A stretch of 64,000 nucleotides of DNA from Eubacteriales bacterium (GTDB lineage Bacteria; Bacillota; Clostridia; Oscillospirales; CAG-272), in assembly GCA_045653945.1 (NCBI GenBank), contig JAZOML010000004.1, forward strand, positions 57,095-121,094. The letters run 5' to 3'. The stretch's first letter is position 1. Every line of letters begins with the position of its first letter. A program made the translations under genes and the position numbers. Positions 54,301-63,179 of this stretch are shown piece by piece. The notes beneath the pieces are model-generated. The model was given only the letters and a program-made list of their open reading frames with translations, was not told where the DNA came from and made no database searches.

Positions 54301-54954
54301 CAAGCTTACTCCGCTGTTTCCAAAATCCTTAAATACAGAACAAGCGATAAGGCTGCATACTCCGTAGTTGATATGGGTTGCGCTTACGCTTGGTATAACG
54401 ACCGTCAGGCAAATAAAGCCAACGCAAACAATATGATAGCTCCTGAGGGCAAAAGAGGACTTCTCCTTACCGATAACCGTTCTACCGTTGTTATTCAGGA
54501 TGAGTTTGACCTCTCTGTCTTCAACCAAAGAATGAAGATAGGTACTGGTACTACCACGATATCCGACGTTCCATTCTATGATAAACACACTATAATTTGG
54601 AACGGACATATCGCTGAGGGCGGAGTTATCAAAATTACCGACGATTGTCAAACCGCATTTATCACCTATAACGGTATGACGCTTCAGTGCGATATTGTTG
54701 TTCCCGACGGTTACGAGTACACCTGGAAGTTTGAGTCCCGCTCCGCTGACTATCTCCGCGAGACAGGTATTACATCAACCCCAGGTGAATATCCACGCGA
54801 CGGTAAGCAAAAGCTTGTTGCTATTACCGAGCTTCCCGCAAACAACGACTTAAGTCAGGAGCTCCGAATTGCAGTTGTATGCCGTCTTGTTTCCGCAGGA
54901 CCGCATACCTACACTTGGACCGATATTGATAACTGGGATCAGTTCCTCGGCTAA
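51361..54954 (+). CDS. Heparinase II/III-family (alginate-lyase-like N-domain) polysaccharide lyase lipoprotein, 1197 aa
   Basis: Lipobox FFACG and a stalk-like domain. Motifs AAPMLYYAIGYDWCYDY and EHGQIDIGAFILQYGDTRFFVDLGSDNY match remembered heparinase II/III blocks. Confidence 0.6.
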   Translation: MKKVISMLLILTTLMSCCVMFFACGDDETSTGILNEQGRIPKESSTILDISTSELESADVKEGEPAAAKWTIGKNANNRSLKLDLSVTDLSKYKEITFWMNNTSNTPFTFRFYFIAEDGTEYMAASDLDYPYIDRGNASMHAWTYLDYAEPVQYITAYPGWYQYTFPFSEVDVLTGGKLNPNKDNGYKQWTYDEKTGKSEVKFDKSKIVAIKIDASVAQNITSDIGMEIGSIEANNNKYGTIKGFGISKLSNAVAFYKHSEAYMYNQHRMHLTYNEMDALGTTGDSVYVPIEILAKHRGATNIVANKDLVTFKYNGVDYEFKAGDTYTYVADERTSATGLTLKGEASSIGDYLTVPMEVARDTLGYKLFYDVSGLVIFSDRGYPDATKENDTNYWKNNWEKVSYVSPQSDLYYTGNTDDLHRGNQLRYIAQISKVICYDYITGQEMLEDMDNIHGKNSHGNILVSNAQIEKLKGYIETDSVYASWFAAYSKQYEKGSPKWTAKMPEFFLYDGQRMASDNAELIENFAFMYRMTGEEDYAEQVVKIMKALLRFKDWVSGAKSWHPEHFLDCAAPMLYYAIGYDWCYDYIAKDEELKAQLEEGAWEYAYGAAMGHGELFDWWSDPNNIKKYREKAAESTTDDIKPAPWSSCKFPYSVNPFNYNWSNPVPCRYDVYSYPGNWNAVCNGGMTQIAFAFANVDSKFRAASEYLLSYTVNDTTFAMFDCYAPDGAHPEGPGYWWFGTKDQVPFFETILNCTGSYHGLHQMPGYEDSLYYVLGLSAPNLLAWNYHDCLEGTGLPSTGFFALAKQCNLPEIAQYRYKLITSGQVKLSIMDLQYYDPAICHENPNIELALDYVSYKIGMTTFRSSWDETAVFAGLHGGDNAAEHGQIDIGAFILQYGDTRFFVDLGSDNYVCPGYFNDPARWWLYRNRIEGHNSLVINPEFVNRSLNKWAGNYVKDAGQFSDVWACDMAQRSLEGFNMDQAYSAVSKILKYRTSDKAAYSVVDMGCAYAWYNDRQANKANANNMIAPEGKRGLLLTDNRSTVVIQDEFDLSVFNQRMKIGTGTTTISDVPFYDKHTIIWNGHIAEGGVIKITDDCQTAFITYNGMTLQCDIVVPDGYEYTWKFESRSADYLRETGITSTPGEYPRDGKQKLVAITELPANNDLSQELRIAVVCRLVSAGPHTYTWTDIDNWDQFLG

Positions 54955-54964
54955 TTAAAAACCA

Positions 54965-54996
54965 AAACGGCTCGCGCAAGTGAGCCGTTTTCTTTA
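54965..54996 (+). terminator. Terminator after the heparinase-like gene
   Basis: AAACGGCTC-GCGCAAGT-GAGCCGTTT followed by TCTTT. Confidence 0.65.
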
Positions 54997-55027
54997 TACA
55001 AAAAAAGAGCCTTTATAAAAGACTCTT
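54997..55027 (-). terminator. trmK terminator (the hairpin includes the stop codon)
   Basis: The minus strand reads AGAGTC-TTTTATAAA-GGCTCT followed by TTTTTTT. Confidence 0.5.
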
Positions 55028-55690
55028 TTTTACTATACTAATTTGATGTTCCACAAAATCGATTTGCTTTTTATCTGGGATTTCAGCATTTTTTATACCG
55101 AACAGTTTATTTTTGAGTGTATCGAACAACCTAAGGGCAAAACGTTTTTCAAGCTCACTTTCAGCCCTCTCAAAGCCAAGCAAAATTACGGAATCGCTTG
55201 GTATATAGCTTTTACCTGTGAATTTTGCGTTTATTACGGGGTAAATTCTGCCTATTGACTCAACCTTTATTTCTCTTTGTATTTCAAAGCAGTTTTTAGC
55301 AAGGTAAAGGCGAAGCTCCTCGGCTTTGCTCATCGGTTGAAGTGTAAAGCGATGCTCGGAGTTATGAAGTCTGACGTCTTGCGCAAGTATTTCGGAAATA
55401 AGCTCACCGCCCATACCCGCAATTATAAAGTCAGTTTCTCCTTCAATCGGTACGTTTAGCGTTCCGTTGGTGCAATATGCCGATATTTTATCGGCACAAC
55501 CGTTTTTTTGGGCGTTAGACACACCTTTTGACAATGAAGGGGCACTTATGTCGGTTATGATACATTTATCGCTTACACCGGTTAAAATCAGTTCTATCGG
55601 GATATAGGCGTGATCGGTACCAACGTCGCAAACGGTTACTCCCTTGCGTATCATACCGACTATCGCTTTTAGTCTTTCATCTTTTAACAT
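55013..55690 (-). CDS. trmK: tRNA (adenine22-N1)-methyltransferase
   Basis: The N-terminus reads RLKAIVGMIRKGVTVCDVGTDHAYIPIEL, a TrmK/YqfN signature. Confidence 0.8.
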   Translation of the reverse strand: MLKDERLKAIVGMIRKGVTVCDVGTDHAYIPIELILTGVSDKCIITDISAPSLSKGVSNAQKNGCADKISAYCTNGTLNVPIEGETDFIIAGMGGELISEILAQDVRLHNSEHRFTLQPMSKAEELRLYLAKNCFEIQREIKVESIGRIYPVINAKFTGKSYIPSDSVILLGFERAESELEKRFALRLFDTLKNKLFGIKNAEIPDKKQIDFVEHQISIVKKSLL

Positions 55691-55700
55691 ATTTACCTAC

Positions 55701-55729
55701 CAAAAAGAGCCTTTTCAGGCTCTTTTTTT
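55701..55729. terminator. Terminator after the DUF1858 gene
   Basis: AAAAAGAGCC-TTTTC-AGGCTCTTTTTTT. Confidence 0.7.
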
Positions 55730-55925
55730 ATTTACTTATCATTGCATTGAGCTTTGCTACGAGAACGTCAGCGTCGTTTCCGTGTACCTCACAAGCCTGC
55801 TCAACTGTTTCTCCTCTTGAGCAAGGACAGGTAAGGCAGTGCATACCTATTTCAAGAAAAAGAGGTTCTGTTTCGGGGTGATTATCAAGGATATCTCCGA
55901 TTATAGTATCTTTAGTAATTATCAT
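55728..55925 (-). CDS. DUF1858 redox-disulfide small protein
   Basis: TIGDILDNHPETEPLFLEIGMHCLTCPCSRGETVEQAC matches the remembered hybrid-cluster-associated disulfide domain. Confidence 0.7.
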   Translation of the reverse strand: MIITKDTIIGDILDNHPETEPLFLEIGMHCLTCPCSRGETVEQACEVHGNDADVLVAKLNAMISK

Positions 55926-56108
55926 ATTTATATCTTCCTTTCGATTAAATTTCCTTTCTTATTATATCATTTTTAAATCCATTGTCAAGTAGAATACGAA
56001 TTTTTTTACGTTTTTTTGCACTTGTTTACAATTGGTCCTTTTAATTTTTATAAATATGTGCTATACTTACATTATAATTATTATTTTCCATAAAGAAAAG
56101 GACCTTTT

Positions 56109-57272
56109 ATGAAAATATTTTTTAAGAAATTTGTTGCACTTGCGCTTATAGGTGTAATAACTATCAGCGCACTTGCGTCTTGTACAGTAACCAAAAAATA
56201 TCCCGGCGCGCCCGAAGGTATGCGTCCGGTAAACGACGGTTCAAACGGAGTAATTATGTATATTCCGTCAAATTGGAGCGTTGACAATTCCAGCGGAGTG
56301 CCGACTGCATATTTTTCCTTTGTTGATGACACTATGGTAAGTCTTATTACCGTTCCTGCCGAGGAGCTTGGTAATCGAACCATTCCACAGTATTTTGCTG
56401 AATACAAGACGAAATTTGAGGCTATGGATAAGGGCTTTACCATCATTCCCTACTCATCTGAGCTTGAGTACACTCCTATTGAAAATCCTACGCTTTACGG
56501 GGATATGCTTGAGTATCGCTACACCTTGAAGATTTCCGAGAGCAAAACCTACGGCTTTGCTCAAACGTTCTTTAGAACAAGCGCAGACTCCGACCTTTAC
56601 GTTATCACTTATAGCAGTCCGGTAAATAAATTCGAAACTCATTATGCCGACGTTGTTCAAACCTACACCACAATAAAAATTGCAAGTGAGGTTGAGCCCC
56701 TTCCCGAAGAGGATGAGCTTCCAAAACCGATTTTTACAACGGTTGAGGGGACGCCTGACGGTTACTCGGCAATAGCGGGTGAGCATATTAATTATGTACT
56801 TTTCGTGCCAAGCGACTGGGTACCGCTTGTTAATACGGGAATTTCGGCTGCTTCAAAGGGGGATAATTCCACCGTTTCCTGTTCAGTTACGGCATTTGAC
56901 TTTCAAAATAACAACAATTATATTGAGGCGGATGATTACGACAGCTTCTTTGTCGCTCACGAGAAATCAATCAAGGATACATTTGGCAATATTTCGTTTA
57001 CTGATAAGAGCAAAAAGTATGAAAACGTTGATTTTGCAGGTTATACTAAAATAATTAAGGACGCAAACGGAAACGACGTTAACAATCTCACAGCACCAAG
57101 AAAATACGTTTACAGCATTGAGATAGACGATACCGCCTACACCTATGAACAATATATTACGATACACAATGCCGAAATTGTACTTCTCACACTTTCCTGC
57201 AAAAGCACTGATTACGAAGCAAATAAGCCAATATTTGACGGAATCACACAAAATTTTAAATTTACTAAATAA
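56109..57272 (+). CDS. Lipoprotein of unknown function
   Basis: Signal peptide with lipobox ALASC. A 387-aa product with no recognised motifs. Confidence 0.7.
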   Translation: MKIFFKKFVALALIGVITISALASCTVTKKYPGAPEGMRPVNDGSNGVIMYIPSNWSVDNSSGVPTAYFSFVDDTMVSLITVPAEELGNRTIPQYFAEYKTKFEAMDKGFTIIPYSSELEYTPIENPTLYGDMLEYRYTLKISESKTYGFAQTFFRTSADSDLYVITYSSPVNKFETHYADVVQTYTTIKIASEVEPLPEEDELPKPIFTTVEGTPDGYSAIAGEHINYVLFVPSDWVPLVNTGISAASKGDNSTVSCSVTAFDFQNNNNYIEADDYDSFFVAHEKSIKDTFGNISFTDKSKKYENVDFAGYTKIIKDANGNDVNNLTAPRKYVYSIEIDDTAYTYEQYITIHNAEIVLLTLSCKSTDYEANKPIFDGITQNFKFTK

Positions 57273-57288
57273 AAACGAGGATTAATTT

Positions 57289-58218
57289 ATGAAAATATTA
57301 ATTGTAAGTTCGGCTAATATGGATTTAAATATGCGTGTCCCCATTTCTCCCGAAAAGGGCGAAACGCTTATGGGCATAAGCTACAAGTACGTTTCAGGCG
57401 GCAAGGGGGCTAACTCGGCAACTGCCGTTGCAAAGCTTGGCGGTGAGTCAATTTTTTGTGCAGGTCTTGGCGACGATGCAAACGGACGCACGCTCCGTGC
57501 TATATATGAGCAAACGGGAATTATTACCGATTACATATTCACTCATCCCACACTGCCTACCGGACTTGCCACTGTAACTGTTGAAGCCGACGGAGCTAAC
57601 CGTATTGTTGTATTCTCAGGAGCAAACGGAGCTCTTGAAGGCGACTATGCAGTTGAGGTTGCAAAGAAAACCGCTCCTGATGCTGTATTTTGTCATTTTG
57701 AAATTCCCTACGACACGGTTACCGCACTTTCGCACTACTGCGCAAAAGCGGGTATTCCTATGTTTATTGATGCAGGCCCCGCAGATAAAAATCTCGACCT
57801 TACAAGACTTGCTCCCGTATTTGTATTTTCCCCCAATGAAACTGAAACGGAAATTTTTACAGGTATCACTCCAAACGATGAGAACAGTTGTATTCTTGCA
57901 GCCAAAAAGCTTATGGAAAAGGTCAAGGCTACCTATTACGTATTAAAGCTTGGCGGCAGAGGTGTAGCCGTTTATGACGGGGAAAAGCTTACGCTTATTC
58001 CTACCTACCCTGTAAAGGTGGTCGACACAACCTCCGCAGGCGATTCCTTTACTGCCGCCCTTACGCTTGAATATATGCGTACACGTGATATTTACCACGC
58101 CTGTCGCTACGGAAACGCCGTTGCCTCAATAACCGTTTCAAGAGCGGGCGCAGGTGATTCTATCCCAAGCGCCAAAGAGCTTGACGCTTTTGTCAAAGCA
58201 AATGGCATAATTCTTTAA
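57289..58218 (+). CDS. rbsK: Ribokinase
   Basis: SSANMDL, GGKGANSATAVAKLG and VVDTTSAGDSFTAAL (PfkB signatures). Confidence 0.85.
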   Translation: MKILIVSSANMDLNMRVPISPEKGETLMGISYKYVSGGKGANSATAVAKLGGESIFCAGLGDDANGRTLRAIYEQTGIITDYIFTHPTLPTGLATVTVEADGANRIVVFSGANGALEGDYAVEVAKKTAPDAVFCHFEIPYDTVTALSHYCAKAGIPMFIDAGPADKNLDLTRLAPVFVFSPNETETEIFTGITPNDENSCILAAKKLMEKVKATYYVLKLGGRGVAVYDGEKLTLIPTYPVKVVDTTSAGDSFTAALTLEYMRTRDIYHACRYGNAVASITVSRAGAGDSIPSAKELDAFVKANGIIL

Positions 58219-58231
58219 GGGGGAAAATACT

Positions 58232-58666
58232 ATGTCAGAGCTTCCAAAGGGCAGGGTGCTTGGAATTGACGCAGGTATGGCTCGTACAGGCATTGCGCTT
58301 AGCGACGCAGACGGCTTTCTCGCATCCGCACTTTGTACCATACGTGCAAACGGTGTACGCGACCTTGCAGCGCAAATATGCGACCTCGCGCAAAAGCACA
58401 GTGTCCGTGCAATAGTTGTTGGGCATCCGATTAATATGAACGGCACTCTCGGTGAAAGCTCTGCAAGAATTCACCGTCTAGCTGACGAAATTCGGGCTAT
58501 AACCGATATTCCCGTGATTTTATTCGACGAAAGATGTACCACAATGGTTGCCGCTAGTATACTGAATATGACCGATACAAGAGGTCATAAGCGCAAGGCG
58601 GTAATTGACAATCTATCAGCTGAAATTATTTTACAAAACTATCTTGACAGTGAAAGAAGGAAATAA
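58232..58666 (+). CDS. ruvX: Putative pre-16S rRNA nuclease / Holliday junction resolvase-like YqgF
   Basis: VLGIDAGMARTGIALSD, then VGHPINMNGT and DERCTT. Confidence 0.85.
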   Translation: MSELPKGRVLGIDAGMARTGIALSDADGFLASALCTIRANGVRDLAAQICDLAQKHSVRAIVVGHPINMNGTLGESSARIHRLADEIRAITDIPVILFDERCTTMVAASILNMTDTRGHKRKAVIDNLSAEIILQNYLDSERRK

Positions 58667-58701
58667 AAAAACGGTTGAGCCAAAAGCTCAACCGTTTTTT
58701 T
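58665..58701. terminator. Bidirectional terminator
   Basis: AAAAAAACGGTTGAGC-CAAA-GCTCAACCGTTTTTTT. Confidence 0.85.
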
Positions 58702-58703
58702 AT

Positions 58704-60179
58704 TTATTCAGATTTATCGTCCGGTTCATCCGAACTTTTTTTATCCTTACGTTTGAAAACGCCTTTAATTTTTGAGAACTGCTTTCTTGCGTTATCGGCT
58801 ATCTCGCTTTCGGTTTCGCGGCGCTCATCATAGTAATTACGCATATCAATTACATCAGAATCGGTAGCATCAGGTGTTTTGCCTGTTTCAAGAACAAAGT
58901 AGTCGCGAGTATCATCGGAAAGCTCCATTGCGCGAAGTCTTTTACCGCTATACTCCTTTATTACCGCATAAATAAATGAGAATATCGGTATACCGACAAG
59001 AATACCGACAATTCCAAAAAGTCCGCCCATAACTATAATAGCTATGAAAACCCATATAGGCGGCAGTGTATGCTCCGCTCTACCCGTACTGATAAGAGGC
59101 TCAATAAATCTTGAATCAAGTATACTTATTATAGATGTTACTATTAAATACAGTATAGCGTATTTAATGTCAATAAGGAGCAAAATAAGAGTGCCTATTC
59201 CCATACCTATCGGTGTACCGACAAACGGAAAGAATGATGATACTCCCATAATTACCGCCAAAAGCATTTCATAGTCGTTTGGTATCTGAAATACAAACAA
59301 ACACATAAAGGTAAGCGCGCCTATTATAATACCATCAAGAAGTCGAACAGCAATATAATCACGGAATATATTTTTGCATTTACCTATAATCCATCTTACA
59401 TTGACGTACATTTTCTTGGGAAGCCAACCCTTTAATAAAAAATCCATTCTCTTTGCGTGTTTTCTTTCCCCAAGAAGAATATATAGTGATACAAAAAGAC
59501 CAATTATAATATTTGATGCTTCACTGAATATTACCGAAATAGATGAAACAAGATTAGGCAGTGATGACGAAATTATATCACCAATTCCAGTTAAAACATC
59601 ATCTAATATTTTTTTAGCCTCTTGTATACCTGAGCTTGAACCCGCACCGTACGAGGCTCCGTCGAGATTTCGCAAAGTAATTACAAACAGGTCATGTTCT
59701 ACATCTTTTTTTAGTTCAGGCGAAACGTCGTGAAAAATATAAATTGCTTCGTTTTTTGAACGAGAATTGATAAAGTCCGCCGTATCGTTTCTGAATTCGT
59801 CAATATACTCAAAAAACGAGTCGACAAATATTTCGTACGTATTTACTATCTGAGGAATTGCCGTCAGCATAAAAAGAACAATAAAAGCGATAACCACTAT
59901 ATAAGCAATTATAACACTTATAAAATGGCGAAAGCCTATTTTCTTTTCTTTACGATTTACAAGAATATCGTACTCAATAAAATGCACTATAGGATGCATT
60001 AAAAATGAAATTATCAAACCGTACAGTATCGGCTTTACAACATCAAATATAAACTCAAGCGCATTAATTATAGTTCCTATATTGATACCGATAATGACAC
60101 AAATAACGCAGAATATTGCCACAAAAAAGGAATATGCGGCTATTGTGTTTCTTTTTTCGTTTGGCTCAAAAAACTTCAT
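58704..60179 (-). CDS. AI-2E family transporter (PerM-like), paralogue 1
   Basis: Polytopic, with a large loop after TM3. C-terminal core GGLFGIVGILVGIPIFSFIY and an acidic/charged tail. Confidence 0.7.
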   Translation of the reverse strand: MKFFEPNEKRNTIAAYSFFVAIFCVICVIIGINIGTIINALEFIFDVVKPILYGLIISFLMHPIVHFIEYDILVNRKEKKIGFRHFISVIIAYIVVIAFIVLFMLTAIPQIVNTYEIFVDSFFEYIDEFRNDTADFINSRSKNEAIYIFHDVSPELKKDVEHDLFVITLRNLDGASYGAGSSSGIQEAKKILDDVLTGIGDIISSSLPNLVSSISVIFSEASNIIIGLFVSLYILLGERKHAKRMDFLLKGWLPKKMYVNVRWIIGKCKNIFRDYIAVRLLDGIIIGALTFMCLFVFQIPNDYEMLLAVIMGVSSFFPFVGTPIGMGIGTLILLLIDIKYAILYLIVTSIISILDSRFIEPLISTGRAEHTLPPIWVFIAIIVMGGLFGIVGILVGIPIFSFIYAVIKEYSGKRLRAMELSDDTRDYFVLETGKTPDATDSDVIDMRNYYDERRETESEIADNARKQFSKIKGVFKRKDKKSSDEPDDKSE

Positions 60180-61558
60180 TTCTTGTCGCCTCCCGAATCT
60201 TCAGTATCCTCTATATCTGCCGTGCTGTGCTCCGCATAACGTTCACCGAGCGCTATATCACTGTTATCGGTTTCCTCAGGGCGATAGCTATACGAATCAA
60301 ACTCATCAAAGCCCTCATAATCCTCGTCGGTATAGTCATCAGGAGAAGTTTCTCCCTTGTTGATTGCCGCTTTCTTTTCCTTAATTTTCTTCTCGGTTTT
60401 AGCGGCCAGAAGCTTACCTATTATAGCAAATACGGGAACACCTATTATCATACCGATAAATCCAAAAAATCCACCCATAACGGTAATTGCAACGATAACG
60501 TAAAGTGCAGGAATTCCCGTAGAGCTTCCAAGAACTCTGGGTGCAATGAAGTTACCGTCAATTTGCTGAATAACAAGTATCATCAAACCAAACCAAAGTG
60601 CATTTATAGGGTCAGCAATAAATATGATAATTGCTGACGGAATTCCTCCAATAAACGGTCCGAATATCGGTATAATGTTTGTGCAGGCAATAATAACCGA
60701 AATCAGAGCGATGTAATCTCTTGGCATTCCGGTAATAAAGCTCAGAATAAACATTCCGGTACCCGTAAGACAACCGACTATAAGTGCATCAACGAACATA
60801 CCTATAAGATATTGACCAAAGGTCTTATGAATAAAGGTAACTGTTGATTTTATCTTCTCTATTCTATTTTCTTTAAAAAATACGTGAACAAGCTTGTTTA
60901 CCTGAGCAAACAAAAGCTCCTTTGAGCATAACAAGTATCCAGCAAAAATGAGTCCGATAAGTATATTGGCAAGCTGAATAGTAAATGCGCTCAAAAAATC
61001 CATAATATACGGAGAAAATTTACGGACAAGGTCATAAGCTACCTGTATAATACTACTCATCGGCTGATCAAGAAATGAAAAGTCAATATACGTGGATATC
61101 CAAGTAACAAATTTGCCTAGTAGCCCCGGCTGATTTTTAACGCTTTCCATCCACTCTTGGAAGTTTTGAGAGTATACCGCAAGCTTATATTCAAGCTCGG
61201 AGAAGGTCCTTCCGAGTTGAGGAACAATAGCGTAAACTATAAGTCCGAGAGCCGTAAGGAAAACGATATAGGTAAGCGCAACCGCAACACCACGCTTTGC
61301 CATACGGTGCTTGATTTTTCTTAAAATCGTTTTTTCAAACAGCTTAAGCAACGGATTTAAAATATATGCAATAATGAAGCCGTATATTAGAGGCGAAAGA
61401 ACGTTAAAAAAATTGGTTATAGCGAGCCATACGTGGTCGATATAAACGCCAAGGAATATACAAAAAATAACGGCGGCAGAAACGATAGCCGCATAAATTG
61501 CGTATGTTGTATATCGCTTATTCCAATTGAATTTCATCTCTGTCGCCTCACTTTCCAA
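60176..61558 (-). CDS. AI-2E family transporter, paralogue 2
   Basis: Same architecture (GGFFGFIGMIIGVPVFAIIG). Its stop overlaps the start of paralogue 1 (ATGA). It has a very acidic C-terminal tail. Confidence 0.7.
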   Translation of the reverse strand: MESEATEMKFNWNKRYTTYAIYAAIVSAAVIFCIFLGVYIDHVWLAITNFFNVLSPLIYGFIIAYILNPLLKLFEKTILRKIKHRMAKRGVAVALTYIVFLTALGLIVYAIVPQLGRTFSELEYKLAVYSQNFQEWMESVKNQPGLLGKFVTWISTYIDFSFLDQPMSSIIQVAYDLVRKFSPYIMDFLSAFTIQLANILIGLIFAGYLLCSKELLFAQVNKLVHVFFKENRIEKIKSTVTFIHKTFGQYLIGMFVDALIVGCLTGTGMFILSFITGMPRDYIALISVIIACTNIIPIFGPFIGGIPSAIIIFIADPINALWFGLMILVIQQIDGNFIAPRVLGSSTGIPALYVIVAITVMGGFFGFIGMIIGVPVFAIIGKLLAAKTEKKIKEKKAAINKGETSPDDYTDEDYEGFDEFDSYSYRPEETDNSDIALGERYAEHSTADIEDTEDSGGDKK

Positions 61559-61725
61559 AATACATTATATCAGTTAGTTATATTATATAACAAAAAGGTT
61601 ACACTTGTCAACTTAAAATTCATCTGTTTTCTTATTTTTTACTTTTTATACAATTTATTTTGAATAACGCAGGCAGAAAATTGATATAATTAGAAAACGA
61701 TTAGATTATGGGGAGATAATGCGAT

Positions 61726-62811
61726 TTGGAAAAGCAAACGATTATAAAAAATACCTTGACGGTTATTGGTATCGGGGTAGGCGTATACGTATTTTTTAAG
61801 TATTTATTTACACTTTTTTTGCCGTTTATCATTGCTTTTATACTTGCTTTTTTACTTAATTACCCCGTAACATTAATAAAAAAGCGAACAGGTATGCGCT
61901 CGGGTTTTTTAAGCGCCGTCTTTGTTTTCGTTCTTGTTTTTCTAATCGGATTTTTTATTTTTCTTCTGACTAATCGAATTATAACCGAGGTGCGCGGCAT
62001 CATAATCAGCTTAACGGAAAATTCCGACAAATACGTGCAGGGCGCATTTGATTTCATTAACGGTATCGCAAAAAAGCTTCCCTTCATTGATGCATTGGGT
62101 ACAGATTTGACCGAAATGGTTTCCGACGTTGTTCGTAATATGATTACGGAAATCACCTCGCGTCTACCCTCGTTTATAGCGAGCATTATCGCAATGATAC
62201 CCCATATTTTACTTTTTACAGTTATAATTATTCTAGCCACATACTACTTTTGCGCTGACTTTAGCATAATAAAGGAAAGGCTGATTTCAATATTACCCAA
62301 AGGCGCAAAAAACGCCATACGTACCTTTAAAAATCGACTTATGAGTACGGGTATTAAGTATCTAAAGTCCTGTTTAATTATTATGGTTATAACCTATTTT
62401 GAGGTGCTTGTAGGATTTTTAATGCTTGAGATTCCTTACGCCTTTACCTTTTCTCTTGTAGTTGCTGCCGTTGATATGCTTCCAATTTTTGGCGTAGGCA
62501 CTGCACTTGTTCCTTTTGCTGTATGGTGTATGCTTTCCGGGGATACCTACACCGCTATCGGACTGCTAATAATTTTTGCCGTTATAACGGTGGTAAGACA
62601 GTTTATAGAACCAAAAATTATCGGCACGGGTATCGGTCTTTCGCCGCTTACCACACTTTTTTCTATGTATATAGGTTTTCGTTTTTTTGGGTTAATCGGA
62701 CTTTTGTTTTCTCCGCTTGTGGCGGTGCTTATAATCAATGCCCTGCCCGACAATATTGCAACAAAGCTTGGTTTCAACCAAGATAAAAGCAAAAACACAA
62801 AAAAAAGTTAA
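61726..62811 (+). CDS. AI-2E family transporter, YtvI-like (paralogue 3)
   Basis: TTG start after GGGGAG. It is polytopic, with FGLIGLLFSPLVAVLI near the C-terminus. Confidence 0.6.
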   Translation: MEKQTIIKNTLTVIGIGVGVYVFFKYLFTLFLPFIIAFILAFLLNYPVTLIKKRTGMRSGFLSAVFVFVLVFLIGFFIFLLTNRIITEVRGIIISLTENSDKYVQGAFDFINGIAKKLPFIDALGTDLTEMVSDVVRNMITEITSRLPSFIASIIAMIPHILLFTVIIILATYYFCADFSIIKERLISILPKGAKNAIRTFKNRLMSTGIKYLKSCLIIMVITYFEVLVGFLMLEIPYAFTFSLVVAAVDMLPIFGVGTALVPFAVWCMLSGDTYTAIGLLIIFAVITVVRQFIEPKIIGTGIGLSPLTTLFSMYIGFRFFGLIGLLFSPLVAVLIINALPDNIATKLGFNQDKSKNTKKS

Positions 62812-62830
62812 AGAATTATATCAAAAACCC

Positions 62831-62859
62831 TTGACAAATTGCATATATGGGTGTATACT
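62831..62859 (+). promoter_or_regulatory. rpsU promoter
   Basis: TTGACA-17 nt-TATACT. Confidence 0.6.
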
Positions 62860-62911
62860 ATTAAGGAATTAATGTAAAGTGCCTTTGCAGATGCGAAGGG
62901 AGGGAAATATA

Positions 62912-63088
62912 GTGGCAGAAGTTAGAATCAAAGAAAACGAATCTCTTGAAAACGCGCTCCGCAGATTCAAAAGACAGGTTACCAAGTCCGGTATCATGGG
63001 CGAGATGCGTAAGAGAGAGCATTACGAGAAACCCAGCGTAAAGCGCAAGAAGAAGTCCGAAGCAGCCAGAAAGCGTAAGTATAAGTAA
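62912..63088 (+). CDS. rpsU: 30S ribosomal protein S21
   Basis: [31 protein letters not shown] start with GGGAGGG 7 nt upstream. The track N-terminal extension was rejected. Confidence 0.9.
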   Translation: MAEVRIKENESLENALRRFKRQVTKSGIMGEMRKREHYEKPSVKRKKKSEAARKRKYK

Positions 63089-63127
63089 TTTGGTATTCGC
63101 TAAAAGACACAAAATTCAAACAAACGA

Positions 63128-63160
63128 GGAGTTGTCGTCAACGGCGATAACTCCTTTTTT
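63128..63160 (+). terminator. rpsU terminator
   Basis: GGAGTTGTCG-7 nt-CGATAACTCC followed by TTTTTTG. Confidence 0.75.
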
Positions 63161-63179
63161 GCCCTCTTATGGAGAAAAT

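Noticed and set aside
53953-54651. 232-aa minus-strand ORF inside the heparinase-like gene (similar shadow ORFs lie at 53206-53637 and 51324-51677)
   Set aside because: These are shadow ORFs. The plus-strand frame is continuous for 1197 aa and carries family motifs.
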